64,000 bases of DNA from Vicugna vicugna (lineage: Eukaryota). The notes beneath the pieces are model-generated. The model made no database searches. It was given only the letters and a program-made list of their open reading frames with translations, and had not been told where the DNA came from. The translations under genes were made by a program, and so were the position numbers. The DNA lies in NCBI GenBank assembly GCA_013265495.1, contig MU057801.1, positions 868,001 to 932,000 on the forward strand, written 5' to 3'. Each line of letters starts with the position of its first letter. Within the stretch, counting starts at the first letter, position 1. Positions 35,161 to 48,370 of the stretch are shown one piece after another.

Positions 35161-36839
35161 GTGTTTTCTTGGCTGAGACTTGCCCTAACTGTACACATTT
35201 TATGCAAAAGCGTCCATGAGGCTGCCCCAAGCTCACTGAGCCGGGTTTTCTTCCTCCTGAGCGCAGCTGTACCTCACTCTCCAGCATCCCTTGCAGTTAC
35301 ACGCACACACGTGACCACTGTCCACCAACAGGGCGAGGGGCAGCCTCCCCCCACGAACAGCCATGCCCTTTCCCCTGTCGCTAACTCGGCGCAGCTTTGG
35401 AAGCCACGCGTGGAAGACGGCAGAGCCAAGGGACGCGAGGATCCTGGGCCCTGGACTCACTGCTTGGAGGAGAGATGCCTGATGGTCAGAGACCCTCTGT
35501 GGACTTTGTGCATGAGGGGGAGAAGCCTCCGTATTCTTTGAGCCAATTTACATCTTTCAGTTTATTTATTCTAGCAGCTAGCTTTGTCTAATTTGTCTAT
35601 ACAGAAAAGCCATGATTGAAATATGTATTTTTTCAAAGTGTACGAAAAAATGGGTCCTTTTTATTTGCCAAGAATTCGAAGGAAAGTTTGCTCTTTCAAA
35701 CTCAATTTAACTAACACTTCTTGATGGCTTCTGATGTTCCAGAGAGGGGAACCCACTCGGAGGATGAAGAATAGGACCGATCACATATGGGAACTCAAGG
35801 TGGGCACCAGGTAGAGCCACGTGGCAGAACCTCCCCCTTTACAAGGCTTTACCTTTGGATGTGAACTCCAAATGAGGCCATACACCTCCTCACAGAATTC
35901 ACCCAAGGAGGTTAAAACAACATCCAAAATGTTTTGAAACCTTGTACTGATGGTTCCTAAGCCGGTCACAGATCCCGGGTGGCTTTGGAGCAGAAGGAGT
36001 AGGCCCTTGGATCCATCTGAGGCCACAGCCTTCCTGCTGGCTGGGAACCTTTCACGATGCTAGGTCAGCCCTCCCATCATCGCCTGCTTGGTCGCATTCC
36101 AGACCAGCTTCTGTCCAAACCTGGACACTCAGCCTCTTGTGTGAGACCTGTTTTGGCCCCAAATTCCACTGAACTGTAGCAGAAGCCCCTTGGTTTATTG
36201 GAAAGAGTTATTTAGACTAAATCAACGACCAGTTGTTTTGGGGTCTTTCTGTGTGTGTGTGTGTTCATAGCAGGCTTAATTGCAATAACATTTATACCGC
36301 ATAATACAGCGCACAGAGGTTGTAATTTTCCTATCATCTAAATTGCAGGCTGAAATTGTGTTAAGGAAGGACTGTAGAGAGTGAATTGCTGCTTTCAAAA
36401 TGACTACTTTTCCCCGACAATGTGACGGGCAGATGAACGCCGGAGACCGAGGGATGTTCTGTGTTTGACGTTAGTCAGCGGAACCCCAGGACTTTGTAAG
36501 GGTAGCTAGCTCACGCCATTTGTATTTTGCATTTTAAATTTATAACTGGCACCTGGTCTACCCAGAAAATCATTTTTTTCTACTTAACTTTGCATCACCC
36601 TTTGGAAAACACTTAGTTATTGTGAAGATGTCATTCAGGCAGTTCGATCTGTGCTGTTTCCTTCGGACTTTCCTGCTGGGCGGGCCTGGGGTTGGTTGTA
36701 ACAACGCAGAACTGGGCTGTAAACAGGAAGGGACACTAGCGACTTCTTGTGTGAAGTGAAATGACCATGGGAAAATTCGGCATCTTAAACCCACCAGATA
36801 TTTTTTTGTTTATTTAACACGTTGACTATGAGAAACCGG

Positions 36840-37065
36840 GAAACGGGCTCGGTAGGTGCGAGGGTGTGAGCTGGGTTCAAATCCATCCGCTGATGACCTC
36901 AGCAAGGAAGGCAACCTGCCTGAGCCTCAGCGTCCCTATCTGCAGCACGGATGTAACAGTGAAGCGAACCTCACGGGGCCGTGGGAGGGCACCGGGGCCA
37001 GCACGTAAACCTGAGCCTGGGCGCATCCTCGGGGAAGGCTCACGCTCTCAGCACTGTTATTGCTC
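36840..37065 (+). mobile_element. MIR SINE, GC-shifted
   Basis: 'ctgggttcaaatcc...aacctgcctgagcctcagcgtccctatctgcag...acctcacggggccgtgggagg'. Confidence 0.7.
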
Positions 37066-37709
37066 CAGACGACAGCCCACTTTGGAACAGGGGTCTGACC
37101 TGTGCAGGAAATGTACAAAATGAACCCCAAACCCTAACATCTCGGGAAGTCTCCACTGTCAAATCTTCCAGAGGCTGCCCCCTGAAATGGATCAGAGAGA
37201 GAGGAGGCAGCAAAAGGGACAAGAGACCCAAGGCTGCTGTGACCACTTTGTTGGCTGCGTCTCACTGTCCACAGCCTCCAGCCCAGAGCCCAGGGGCCCC
37301 GCCGGCTTTCTCTGACTCTGCCAATTGTGTTGGTTAAAGTGGTGACCAGTGGGGACCAGCAAATCAGACGTGAGTGCGGTGGCCAGCTGGACACCACAGA
37401 GTCTGGGGGAACCCTGTCGCTTCTGAGTCACTGACCCCAAGCCTCCCTTCCCCACAAACAAGTGGCCACTTGAACTTGGCTTCTAGCCACCAGCTCCTGG
37501 ACACAAGCTCAGGCTGCTCTGTGATGCGGGATGAGCCCGTGGCCCCGTGACAATCAGACACACCACTGCTGGGCGTGCTGGGCGCCAGGGTTTGTCTGGG
37601 ATGAGGAACATGCAGAGGAAAGATGTGAAGGTTTGTCTTCTTGCCCTTCCTCCTGCCTTCCTTTCTCTTCCCCCTTCTCGCTCCCAAGGGCCCTTTCCAA
37701 GATGGGACT

Positions 37710-38968
37710 TTTAATCACTGATGCTTCGACAACTGAATAGTTTAGGGAAAAAATGAAATTAGATTCATACCTCACACTATGCACCAGAATAAGACCCAAA
37801 AGAATTAGAGATCCGAATTTTTTTTTAAATGAAGCACTACGATCATCTGGAGAAAATGCAGTGAATTCCTGTTTAACCTGCAATGAAAAAAGGCTCTCTA
37901 ACTGTGCCTCAAGATCCGAACGTGATAAAGGAGGAGACTGAGAAGTGTGACCACGAAGAAGAAGTTCTGAAGTTTGCTTGACAGAAGGCACCAGAACCAA
38001 GTGATAAACTGGGAGGAAACAGGGTCAACAGACGTCACAAAGGGCTAATAGCTCTAATATAGGGAGGCTTCCTAACACCTGAAGGGTGAAAAAAGAGCAA
38101 AAATTGAACAGAAACATGGACAAAAGACATGAACAGACAACTCAGAGCAAGAGGGTGTAAAAATGGCCCTTAGATGGGAGAAGAGGCGTTCAGCCTCGTT
38201 CACACAAAGAGACGCGCAGGTTAGAATGACGCTGACCCCGTTTCTCGTCCATGAAGTTGGGGAGCATCACAAAGCTGCGCGCGCGCTCTGTCAGTGAGGC
38301 TGGGCAGGGCACAGCTGCTCTCGCACACGCTGGGGGGGCACCCCCACATGCTGGGCGAGGGGAGCTCGGCCACAGCAGGCAGAACTACACAGGCCCCTGC
38401 CTCTGCGCCGGCAAGGCCAATTCTAGGAGTCTGTGCCCAAACGCACCTGTAACAGTGCCTCACACACACGCACCAGGCTTCTCGCTGCAGCCTTGTTTGT
38501 AACAGCAAAGTGGGGACACCTGCTCAGAGGCCCAGTTGTCGGCGGGTATTTGAATAAACGACGTACGTCCAGGCAATGAAGCAGCTGTGAGACCCTGAGG
38601 GTGTGTGTGACGGCCACAGAGGGGTTTCCTAGAAGAAAGCTAAGTGCAAAGAGGCATCCACAGCCGGCCTCCTTTTGTGTCAGAAAGAGTGGAAAATAAG
38701 AAAATGTGCATTTATTTGCCATTTTTCTTTTGCAAAAGGAAACACAGGGAGGTTTAACCAGAAAGTAACAAGATGAGTTACTCCGGGGAACGTGTTAGAG
38801 CGGGCTGGGCAGGCAGTGGGCTGAGAACGGAGAGGCAGGGGTGCGGGGTGGAGGTCCGCTTTTCTTAGAACACCCTTTGGTGTAGATTTGACGTTGGCAC
38901 CATGTGAATCTTTACATTCTCAGGAAAAAAAATTCAGTGAAGTGTCATATGGAAAAACCATGAACTGA
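37710..38968 (+). mobile_element. Ancient L1 (L1MD/ME-like), ORF2 end plus 3' UTR
   Basis: 'aattagattcatacctcacactatgcaccagaat', 'ggacaaaagacatgaacagacaactca', 'ttgtttgtaacagcaaa'; resumes briefly after 39624. Confidence 0.85.
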
Positions 38969-38971
38969 AAT

Positions 38972-39623
38972 TGTAGGGAAGAAAAATATTTCCTTCTTCC
39001 CTCCTTGGTTCTTTGGCTGGCCTAATAATTAAGTTGACACAAGACAGATAAACAGGGGGAAGAGAAAATGTATTTTAACTTCATATGCACAGGAGCTCAC
39101 AGAAATAGGAGACTCGATGGGGAGGGTGCAGCTCCGCAGTAGAGCGTGTGCTTAGCATGCCTGAGGTCCTGGGTTCAATCCCCAGTACTTCCATTAAAAT
39201 AAATAAACATAATTGCCCCCCCAAAATAAATAAAATAAACCTAATGGTACCTGATAATATTTTTTAAAAATAGGAGACTCAAGGAAGTGACCAATGCAGG
39301 CAGCTTTTATACCTTTTAGACAAAGAAACAATACGTTTGTGAGGAGTTGACCAGACAGAGATGTTCGGGCTGAGGGAGTGAATTAATGAAGAAGCAACAG
39401 GGTTAGTTTACGCAGCCTTCCCGGCCCTGCCATCCCGTCTCCAGCTGCGGCGATCAGGGGCAAGAGGATCCCCTTTCTCCTGGGAGATTTATTTCCCGCC
39501 TTCAGGGGGACAGAGGAAGGTCAGAGTCCCCTTCTGCACTGGCTGCGTCTTCAGTAACTTCCATTCAAAATAATTAACATGTCCGAGGGGCGTATGTTGG
39601 GGGGCCGACCCTGAACCCCATCA
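38972..39623 (-). mobile_element. ERV1 solo LTR (MER34/MER39-like)
   Basis: Minus strand starts TGATGGGGTTCAGG...TTAATTATTTTGA and ends TTTTTCTTCCCTACA (TG...CA termini). Confidence 0.85.
39117..39267 (+). mobile_element. Vic-1-like SINE nested in the ERV1 LTR
   Basis: 'ggggagggtgcagctccgcagtagagcg...gtcctgggttcaatcccc'; 13-bp TSD AAATAGGAGACTC at 39103-39115 and 39268-39280. Confidence 0.95.
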
Positions 39624-40007
39624 ACAGGTAAACAGAAGTGAAGCAACCTACTGCATTTCAAGCGCACCTGTAACCACCGCGAAGGGAGAAGGGGCTGCTC
39701 CATTCCTGCTAGGACCAGAAGGGCTTTCCTTCCAGGCAAGCCTCCTCCCGGGTGGGAGATGGCACTTCTGGGCGGAAAGAGCTTGGGGTGAGGGGAGCCT
39801 CCGGAGAGCGGGATTTTGAAATGATCCTTCAAAGCTCTCGTAGAACAAGTTTTTTGTGGGTCTCCGAGTAGGAGCAATTTGAAGTGGATTTAGTTTTGTG
39901 GATAATAAGCGTGAAGGCAAAGATCACAGCTGACATTTGGTGACTAAAGGTGAATGACACCAAGATTTACATATACATATATTTAAAATTTCTGCTATGA
40001 ATCAGTT

Positions 40008-40240
40008 ATTTTTTTATTGCAATATATTCAATTTACACTGCTGTGTTAATTTCTGGTGTACAGCATAGTGATTCAGTTGTACATGTGTGTGTGTATATAT
40101 ATATATATATATAAAAGATACTGAATATAGTTCCCTGAGCTCTATAGTAGGACCTGGTTGTATATCTAGTTTATATATGGTAGCTTGTATCTGCAAATCC
40201 AGCATTCCCAGTTTATCCCTCCCCACCCCACCCCCACATT
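40008..40240 (-). mobile_element. Young L1 3' end with (TG)n(TA)n
   Basis: 'ttaatttctggtgtacagcatagtgattcagtt...atactgaatatagttccctgagct'. Confidence 0.9.
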
Positions 40241-40389
40241 GTTTTAAATGTGCAGACTCCATGGGGGCAAACGCCAGTTTTCCTGATGTCACCATAAAAT
40301 ATAATCCTAAAAGAGAAGCAAGAACTATCCAAATGGGCCCCCAACAAGAGCGGCACGTGGCTTTGCCCATCTTCCCAGCAGAATTCCTC

Positions 40390-40765
40390 TGACGGATATT
40401 CACTGAGTGCCTGCTGGGCACCAGGCATTTTGTTCCAGGAGGACAAGGGGCACAGACCACACAGAGAGAGACAAGGACCAAGAAGACAACCCGATAAGAC
40501 AAATCCAAAGAGGGGAAACGCCTCTAAGATAACATAGTGGGGTTAGGGGCTACTTGGACTAGTACCGTCAAAAGTCCTTCTCAAACAGAAGGCATCTGAG
40601 CTGAGACCTGAGTGGGAAGGAAGCAGCATGTGATTATCTGAGGAAAAGAGAGCCAGGCAGAGGGAGTAGCAGATGCAAAGGTCCTGGGGTGGGATCAGCC
40701 CCACAGTGCTGAAGAAACAGGCGGAAAGCCTGCGTGGCCACAGCGAAATGGACAGAAGCCCGGCA
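40390..40765 (-). mobile_element. L2 fragment
   Basis: 'catctgagctgagacctgagtg...ccaggcagagggagtagcagatgcaaaggtcctgggg'. Confidence 0.8.
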
Positions 40766-43057
40766 CGAGACTCAGCAGGAGCTCGTCAGAAAACAGACAC
40801 AGGCGTGTCCTTAACAGACTGGCCGACACGATCTAACACCTCCCTGAACCTGAAAATGGCATTTTTGCTTCATGAAAATTCCTACGCCTGAGATAAACCT
40901 TGCAAAGTGTTTCACGAGATATCTTCACTCTTGTCCTTATTAGTCCGGGCTGAGCTGTGTCCTCGGAAGTTGTCAGGCGGGGAGGGAAGCAAACCGAGTC
41001 CTAAAACTGCCCCGGCTCTGGGACGGGGGCTGCTGCTTCACTAAGTCCCGGGGCCGGGGGTGGGGGGAGGGAAGATGCTCTTGGTGGTGAACACTGCGAT
41101 GTTTACTTAGTAAGTAACTATGCAGTGCACACGTGGCTTTCTTTCGGGAGATGCTCCCTGCGACCCCACAGAGCGAAGTGGAGGACACGGGCGACAGTAA
41201 TTTCATGGTCCGAGCCCCCGTGAGGCTCTGTCAGAACCTGTGAGAACGGGGCTCTGTTGCTGAAGTTTGGGGAAGGAAGGATTTTCATTTTAGGTTCTGT
41301 GCAATTTGGTCATCCAAAGGAGAACAGTGTGGCGTGGGCGGCGTGGGCGGCGAGTTGTGGAGGGGAATGAGTGAGCAGCACTGGGAACCTCCCGGGGCCA
41401 GAAGGGAGAGCGGTTCCACCAGCCGCCAACCTGCACTTCGGGTGGGAAGGCCCCACCCTTGGCTGCTCGCCCAGAGGCTGGTCCAGAGCAATCAGACCTG
41501 AGCCCTGTTCGGCACGAGCTCACCCTCCTTCGTGTAGTCAGAGCTGGTGTTGGTGGCGAGGTGCTCAGAGGACATGGAGTTAACACATCCCGGGCATGGC
41601 TGTAATTCACGGGAGGGCGAGCAGGCCGTGGGAGAGCAGCCACGCCACCGTCTGTTTTTCTTAGCTCCGATCAGACCTCCCACCCACGCAGAGGAGGGGG
41701 CATGGCTCACAGGCGCCACTTATCCAGCCCCAGCCCCCAGCCCCCTGGAGGCGCCCTGAGGTCTGCTGAGTCCTCTCCCTCCAGAGAGGCACCTCCGGCT
41801 GGGCCTCCTCCTGGACCAGGGGTGCCCGCGTGGGCTCCGTGGGGTGCTCGGGACACAGAGGCCCCGCCTATTTGTGTTTGTACGTCGCCAGCCCATCCCG
41901 CAGCACGGAAGGAGTTAGAGGGGTTTTCGAGGCTTTTTCATGCAAGGAGGAAAGAGAACCGAAGACGGTTTGCCACCTGCCGTCCCGGGGGCGCTGCTGT
42001 CTGTGTGAGAGGTCCGAGTTCTGGTCCTGCTAAGTGACTCCAAGCTCTGCTTTAGGAGAAACTCGCCACTAGGGCTACTTCTCTGGAGAAGGACAGACTA
42101 GCAGGACCCCAGGCACTGCCGCGCCTCGCCCGGGAGGGAGCCACCCGCAGGCCAGTGACGGCCGCGGAAACTCGGCCAGGGTGACCGTCCCACTTTCAAA
42201 TTGGGAGAAGAAGAAAGAAATGATGCAGATGCCTGTTTATCCCTAATTTTTAAGAGTATTTTCAATAATCCGCTATAAACAAACCTCATCGCAGGATCTT
42301 GGGGCGGGTCTGGGTCTGCGTACCCACTTTGCGGTGGAGTCACTGACACAAATGCCCCCAGCTGCACCCGCATTTCTGTACCTTTGTCAGGTGGATCCAG
42401 GCCGTCCCCTCCCACCTCAGGCCTTCTTTTTCTTTTCTTCTCTTGCTGATGCAGTTTTCTTGGGTTGGTCCAGCTCTACAGGGCTTAAGCACAGCCTTTA
42501 TTAAATGTCTTCGTGTCCTGCTTGGTGGGAGCGGCAGTTTAAATACGAGAGACCCCAGGAATTAAGGTTTCGTTAAGGAAATCCAAGTCCTCGAGCCACC
42601 CCAAAGGTGTGCCTTCGAAGGGAAAGGGAAAATCCGATGAACACACGCCCGGGTCTGCCCGCCCGTTCCCCGGGGTCAGAACAGAAGCAGGCAGGTGCTG
42701 AAGGGCACTTACGTCCCAGAAGAACAGCACACAGGGTGTGGTGCTCTCTCGTGGTTTGGGTTTGGAATCTATCAGAATGAATACATTGTTATAAACATAA
42801 CTCAGGTGGGTAAATGTATCTCTCTGTGTGTCCTTTAAAATATGTATTTGCCACAGCACATTTATTTGGAGAAGAAAGGAGAGGGAAAATACAGCTCAGC
42901 TGACGGTGGATCCCCAGCTCTGTCCGTCACTGGGCAATCTTGATTCTTAACACATCAGACTGGGGCTGTCACCACCAGCCGGGCAGGCGGAGTTGTAGCA
43001 TATAAACCCTGTTACTGTGGGACAGCTAACGACCCAGGGAAATTGTTCCCTGCTTTG

Positions 43058-43147
43058 CACACATGCTCACACACACACACACACACTCATGCACACAGTC
43101 ACACAGGCTCCCTCACACACGCACACGCTCGCGCACACACACACGCC
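43058..43147. repeat. Imperfect (CA)n repeat
   Basis: Seen directly. Confidence 0.9.
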
Positions 43148-45519
43148 CCTACACTTTACCTCTACTGATGGGGGCAGGTCCTGGTGGTCACCTTCGCGTG
43201 TCCAGGAAACGAAGACATCCCCTCTTGGTTTAGATACAACAAGATCTGAATAAAACACTGACTTTGCCAAGGGGACGCAGAACAAGCTTCTTGAAGGTGC
43301 TGGTGATCCATGAGCAATGAAGTCCTCCCACCTGGCCATGGTCTGGATGGTGTTGGGCCAGGATGTGGACTGAGGGTCACCTGGGCGTGTCCCTGGCTCT
43401 GAGAGCCGTGGGAAGGCTGCACCCGGTGGCCTCCCAGATGGTCAGGCTGGCTGACATGCTGGACGGCCAGTTTCAGTGTCTGGGGCTGCGTGGAGGGTCT
43501 TCCTCAGGGGCCTGAGGCTCGGGGACTGGGGTCCAGAGCAGGTACAGAGACCTTTGACCCCAGACTTGGCTTCTGGTGCAGGAAGGTAGTGGTGTGGGGG
43601 TGAGGGACAGTGTCGGTGTCCTGCACGGGCTGGCCATGCCACAGAGGGTCCCCAGGCCAGCTTGTATTTAGTAGGTGACAGTGGTCTCGTGAGGGGTGTG
43701 AAATGGCCACCACCAAGCCGTTCAGCCCTGCCTCCCCCCGGGGCCTCACACAGGACGTGGACAGAAATGAACAGCCTTTCAGTGCAAAATAATTTGCAAA
43801 ATAGCATTAAACAAGGGAAGTTGAGGACAGTGGGGCGGGGACACTGGCCGGGCCGGACGTGCTTGCCGAGAGAGCCAGGACGGTCCCGAGAGCGGGGCCT
43901 GACCACAGCCGGCCAGCTGGGCTCAGGCTGAACTGGCCTTTTAACTTTCTTAAGTTTTTAAAAAGGGAAGAAAGAGTTTGTTTTTTTTTTAAACCCTCCT
44001 ATTTCTTCAGTAGGAGAGAAAGAGGAGGTCGTGGGGCTGGAGAAAGAAAGAGATTAAGGAGCAAAGAAAGCAACAAGCTGACGACAGAAGAGCCTTTCCA
44101 TGAGGTCCGAGGACCGAGACCAAGGCTTTTGCTCTTGATTTTAGATGAATGTGGTGTCGGGTGGGAAACCAAAATGGAAGCTGGTCTGGCCGGACCTCTC
44201 GTGATGTTCGTGGAAGGCGAGGCCCCTGGAAAGCCGGTGCTTGAAGGAATATTTATGAAAAACAGCAGTGGTGGGGCAGCCTCTGTATTAAAAGACCACG
44301 GTGGCTGGAGGCTGAACAGGAAAATTATTAAACACAGGAGATGTGAGGGCGGGTGCCCGCCATTCTTCTTCCCACCGCATCACACCTCTGCAGGTCACCT
44401 CGGCCCCGCGGATGCTGCTTAACATTCAAAAATCATCAAAGTTTGGTGTTTTTAATATCCATGGCCGGCGGAAGCTCTGATGCTTATCCATGTGTATTCA
44501 GACTTCCGTGTATCAGGGCCATTGTCCACCGTCCCCAGGGCGGCGGGAAGTTGGTTTTATGGGAACATCATAATGAGGAGACTTGTTTGATTCGAAGAAA
44601 CTTAATGACGTCTCGAGACCCAAGGAAAGGACGAGATAAGTCGGGCATTGGCGGGGTGGCCTGTGCTCCCAGCCGCCCGTAAGCTCTGCGTCCGAACCTG
44701 CCTCTTCGAGTCCTGCTTTCAGCTCAGACGACGCTGGTTCCCGCCCCGTCTGCTAATTCAGGCGGGGGCCCGGCGCCCCGTCCAAGCAGTTCCTCGTGTC
44801 GTCACTCCCGCTGCACCATTAGAAGCAATGCTGCTTCCAGCCCAAACGGCCCGCTGCTTCCTTTCTCACTGTAGAAACGGCCCCACAGAGAGCCCACAAG
44901 AAAGGGGGTTTACAAGATGGATCTGGGTCTCATGGAGCGTGTTTGCGGTGAAGCCGTGGAGAGGAGAGGGGACCTCTCTCAGGGGGACGATACCCGACCC
45001 AAGGGTGTTTTGGTGACAGGGGGAACCAGTGTCACCTGAATCGTTGCTTACGATCAAGGCCCAGAGGCAACGTGTCTTTAAAGGAGAGCACTTGGCACAG
45101 GGATGGAGCCCAGTGCGGTGCTGGGGATGGAGGAGCCAGAGGAGGTGTGGGGACTTGGCAGGGGGCTCGGCAGGTGTTAGCAGCTGTGACATGGTGGCAT
45201 TTCTCAGTGTGGGACTTCTGGGGCCATGTGTCATCCAGTCAGGGTGACTGACAGCCTTATTCTGTGGCTCACTCAGCAGCCGGGGATTTGCCCTGACAGC
45301 GAGCTGACGTGTCCCTCTCCAGGGCTGGCAGGCTGCAGAGCGCCCGGGACCCCGTGCACGGTTCCTGAGTGTCACTGTGTCACTTCAGAAACGCCGAGCT
45401 CCAGGCCTCACCCCGGGCCCCTCAGAATTTCCTCCTGACCAAACAGAAACAAAGAGCTGCTGGTCGCCCATTTATGGCTTGGAGTTTTTTCCCACAGGGA
45501 CACTGCCTTGGCTCAGATT

Positions 45520-45886
45520 GTGTATCAGACTGAGTGGTTCCAACAACAGAATTCAGCCTTCTCATAGTTCTGGGGCCTGGATGGCCAAGATCAAGGTGTC
45601 AGCAGGGCTGGCTTCTGGGGAGGACGCTCCCTGGCTTGTGGATGCCGCCTCCTGGTGGTGTCCTCGCTTGAACTCTCCTCCGTGGGCGCGAGGAGGGAGT
45701 GAGCACTGATGTCCCTCCTCTTCCTAGAGGGACACCGAACAGTCCTAACAGTCAGGGTTGCCCTGATGAACTCATATGATCACCCCCTTAAAGCTGCCAT
45801 CTCCAAATGCACTGGGGGTTCGGGCTTCCAGATATAAATTTGGCTGGGGGTGGGGGTGCGGGGCACCCACAGTTTCATCCATAACA
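45520..45886 (-). mobile_element. MaLR LTR (MLT1A/B-like)
   Basis: 'caacaacagaattcag...ctcatagttctggggcctgga...caagatcaaggtgtcagcaggg...catccataaca'. Confidence 0.88.
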
Positions 45887-46114
45887 GACCCTTTTCTACA
45901 AAGGCTTGAACCAGGCGCATCCTGGCAATTCTGGAGAAACTCAGGGTAGTTTCATCTTCTTCAACCCAAAGAATTGCCTCATTGATTTCTTGTTTGACGA
46001 GTCTGAGTTGAATCTGTAAAAAGGCTCTCAAATTTGCGGGGACCTTCCTGCGAGAATTGCTAGAAATGGTGGGATTTAAAAAGCACTCGGGACACGGTGG
46101 GGAACGGGAAAAAT

Positions 46115-46413
46115 GAGCATGTGTTTTTATGCATTTGTCAAAACCCACAGGATGTGCAATGCAACAAGTGAGCCCTCACGTAAATGCGGACTTCAGTTAA
46201 TAATGCTGGATCATCAGCTCAACAGACACATCACACGAATAATGAAAACGGGGGAAATAGTGGGGGAGGGAAGGGGCTACTGGAATCCTGCACGTTCTGA
46301 GGTATAGTGTTTTTTCTATACACTTGCTAGGTTTCTGTAAAGATCCTATAAACCTGTCTGTAAAGTGCCTCTTAAAAAAGTAAGTCTATTGTTTTAAAAA
46401 CAAACAAATAAAA
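46115..46413 (+). mobile_element. L1MC-like 3' end
   Basis: 'tatgcatttgtcaaaacccacagga...gtgagccctcacgtaaatgcggacttcagttaataat'. Confidence 0.8.
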
Positions 46414-46753
46414 AGCATGGGGCTGCATCACAGGAGAGGTGGAGCATCCGTCTTTGATTAGCAGACATGGGGCGGTGCACGCGGTACCCCTCACTGGCCA
46501 GACCCCCCCCCCCAGACCTCATGTGCCCACCCTGTGGCTTCTTCTCTTTGCTGGTGCACTTTCCTGGCCCACAGTGGGGGGAGGGGAGGGGGCGCAGTAC
46601 CCCAGCTAACTCCCCTTCCCGGGAGCGGTCCTTCCTGGCGTGCCAGCTGCCCGTCCCCGGGGCAGGGGGTCCTTATGTGCTCTGTGCTGTCCCCAGGGGC
46701 CCCCAGGGGGTGGAGCCCCTTTGTCTACCTTGGGAACCTACTCATTAATGCCC

Positions 46754-46832
46754 CCTTTCCTTTCCTTTCCTTTCCTTTCCTTTCCTTTCCTTTCCTTTCC
46801 TTTCCTTTCCTTTCCTTTCTTTTCCTTTCCTT
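46754..46832. repeat. (TTTCC)n pentanucleotide repeat, about 15 units
   Basis: Seen directly. Confidence 0.98.
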
Positions 46833-47430
46833 GGCTCACTGCCCCATGCTCTCCCGATGTTTCTTTAATTCATTGCCAGCGACTGTCTCCCACTCCCATC
46901 AGGGTCCGGGAGAAAAGCAGACACAGGCGAGCATTTCTGTGGGTCGGCTCCCATCTCCCATGATACTTGGTGGAGACCAAAAGCAGACTCACAGGTGCTC
47001 CTTCACTAGGTGCCCTCAGGCACGTGGCACCCAGCCTCCCAGGAGTCCCTGTCACGTTTGAATCCTTCTATCAGATGCTAGTTCACTGAACTGAAAATGA
47101 CTACAGGCATTTTAGGGCAGAGTTGTTCAAAATGCTTGTTTTTTAAGAGTGATTAGACTTACAATGTAGAGAAACTGCGCACCTACCTTACAGGCCATTT
47201 TTCAGCGACAGAAAGACACTCAAGGGTTGCGTTATCCCGCACGACTGTGTTCCTGCTCACCTCGCCGCTGGCACCACCGCTACGCGGCCGGAGGGGAAAC
47301 AGAGACGGTGGCAGAGAGGTCGTCAGGGTACAGGCTCCCCAGGTGCCTCCCAGCTGGACTGAGGGGCTTTGTGTTGTTCTAAGCTGCTACAATTGCGGCA
47401 ATTTCTTGCACAGCGATCAAAAACGAACGT

Positions 47431-47640
47431 AACACTATTGTATATAGAACAGACAAACAATAAGGACCTATTGCACAGCACAGGGAACTATAGTCGATAC
47501 ATTATAATTACCTACAATGGAAAAGAATATGGAAAGGAATATATATATATATATATATATATATAATGACTGAACCACTATGCTGTGCACCAGAAACTAA
47601 CACAACATGGTAAACCAACTATATTTCAATTAAAAAAAAA
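47431..47640 (+). mobile_element. Young L1 3' end with (TA)n
   Basis: 'aaggacctattgcacagcacagggaactata...caccagaaactaacacaaca...tttcaattaaaaaaaaa'. Confidence 0.92.
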
Positions 47641-48169
47641 TGAATAGTGTACCACATGTACTGTTCTGTAGCTTTTCTCCCCGCTTAAATACCCATCTTG
47701 GAGATAACTCTGATCAGTAACATCCTCTTTAACACTGCTTGTGAATACCTATTTGGTGGTTGATCCATTGAGTTCTTTTCTAAAGAAGGTTATGTTCTGC
47801 TGATCAACGTTCAGCCCCAGTGGTGCTTGCTAATGGACTTGAGCTGTCTACCAGATGATGCAAAAGTCATCTGGCCAAAACCACTTCCCAATCTTTCTAT
47901 TTTTATTAGTTGGTTTATTGGCTTGAAGACTAAATCAATAAAGAGCCTTAAAGATTAAGGTAACATCCAACAGCACAGACTTAATAAACCAATCTGTCCT
48001 GCTATGATTTTAATATGCAGATACATTGTCTCCTCTTATGAAAGCTGCACCAGAGACATTAAGGACTTTTGACAGACGGGTGAGTTTCTCACTGACTCAG
48101 TTTCCCTCTCTCTGACAAGTAGCTAGATTCCACATCCCAGCCCACTTGGTCCACTACACTCTCTCCCTC

Positions 48170-48370
48170 GCTGCACCCCCCCACCCGTGGAAGCAAAGGT
48201 CTCAGGAGAGAACCCCAGGTTCCAAGGAATGGTGGAACCAGGCTGGAGGAGACTGGTCTGGAATCACCACGTGGAACCGCCTCGTGAGTGAGAAAGAAAT
48301 TCCATTGTGTTAAGCTGCTGAGATTCGAGGACTATTTGTTGCAGCAGAGACAGTCGCCTAACTGGATCAG
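48170..48370 (+). mobile_element. MLT1 LTR 3' fragment
   Basis: 'gtgagaaagaaattccattgtgttaagctgctgagattcgagg...tttgttgcagcag'. Confidence 0.65.
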
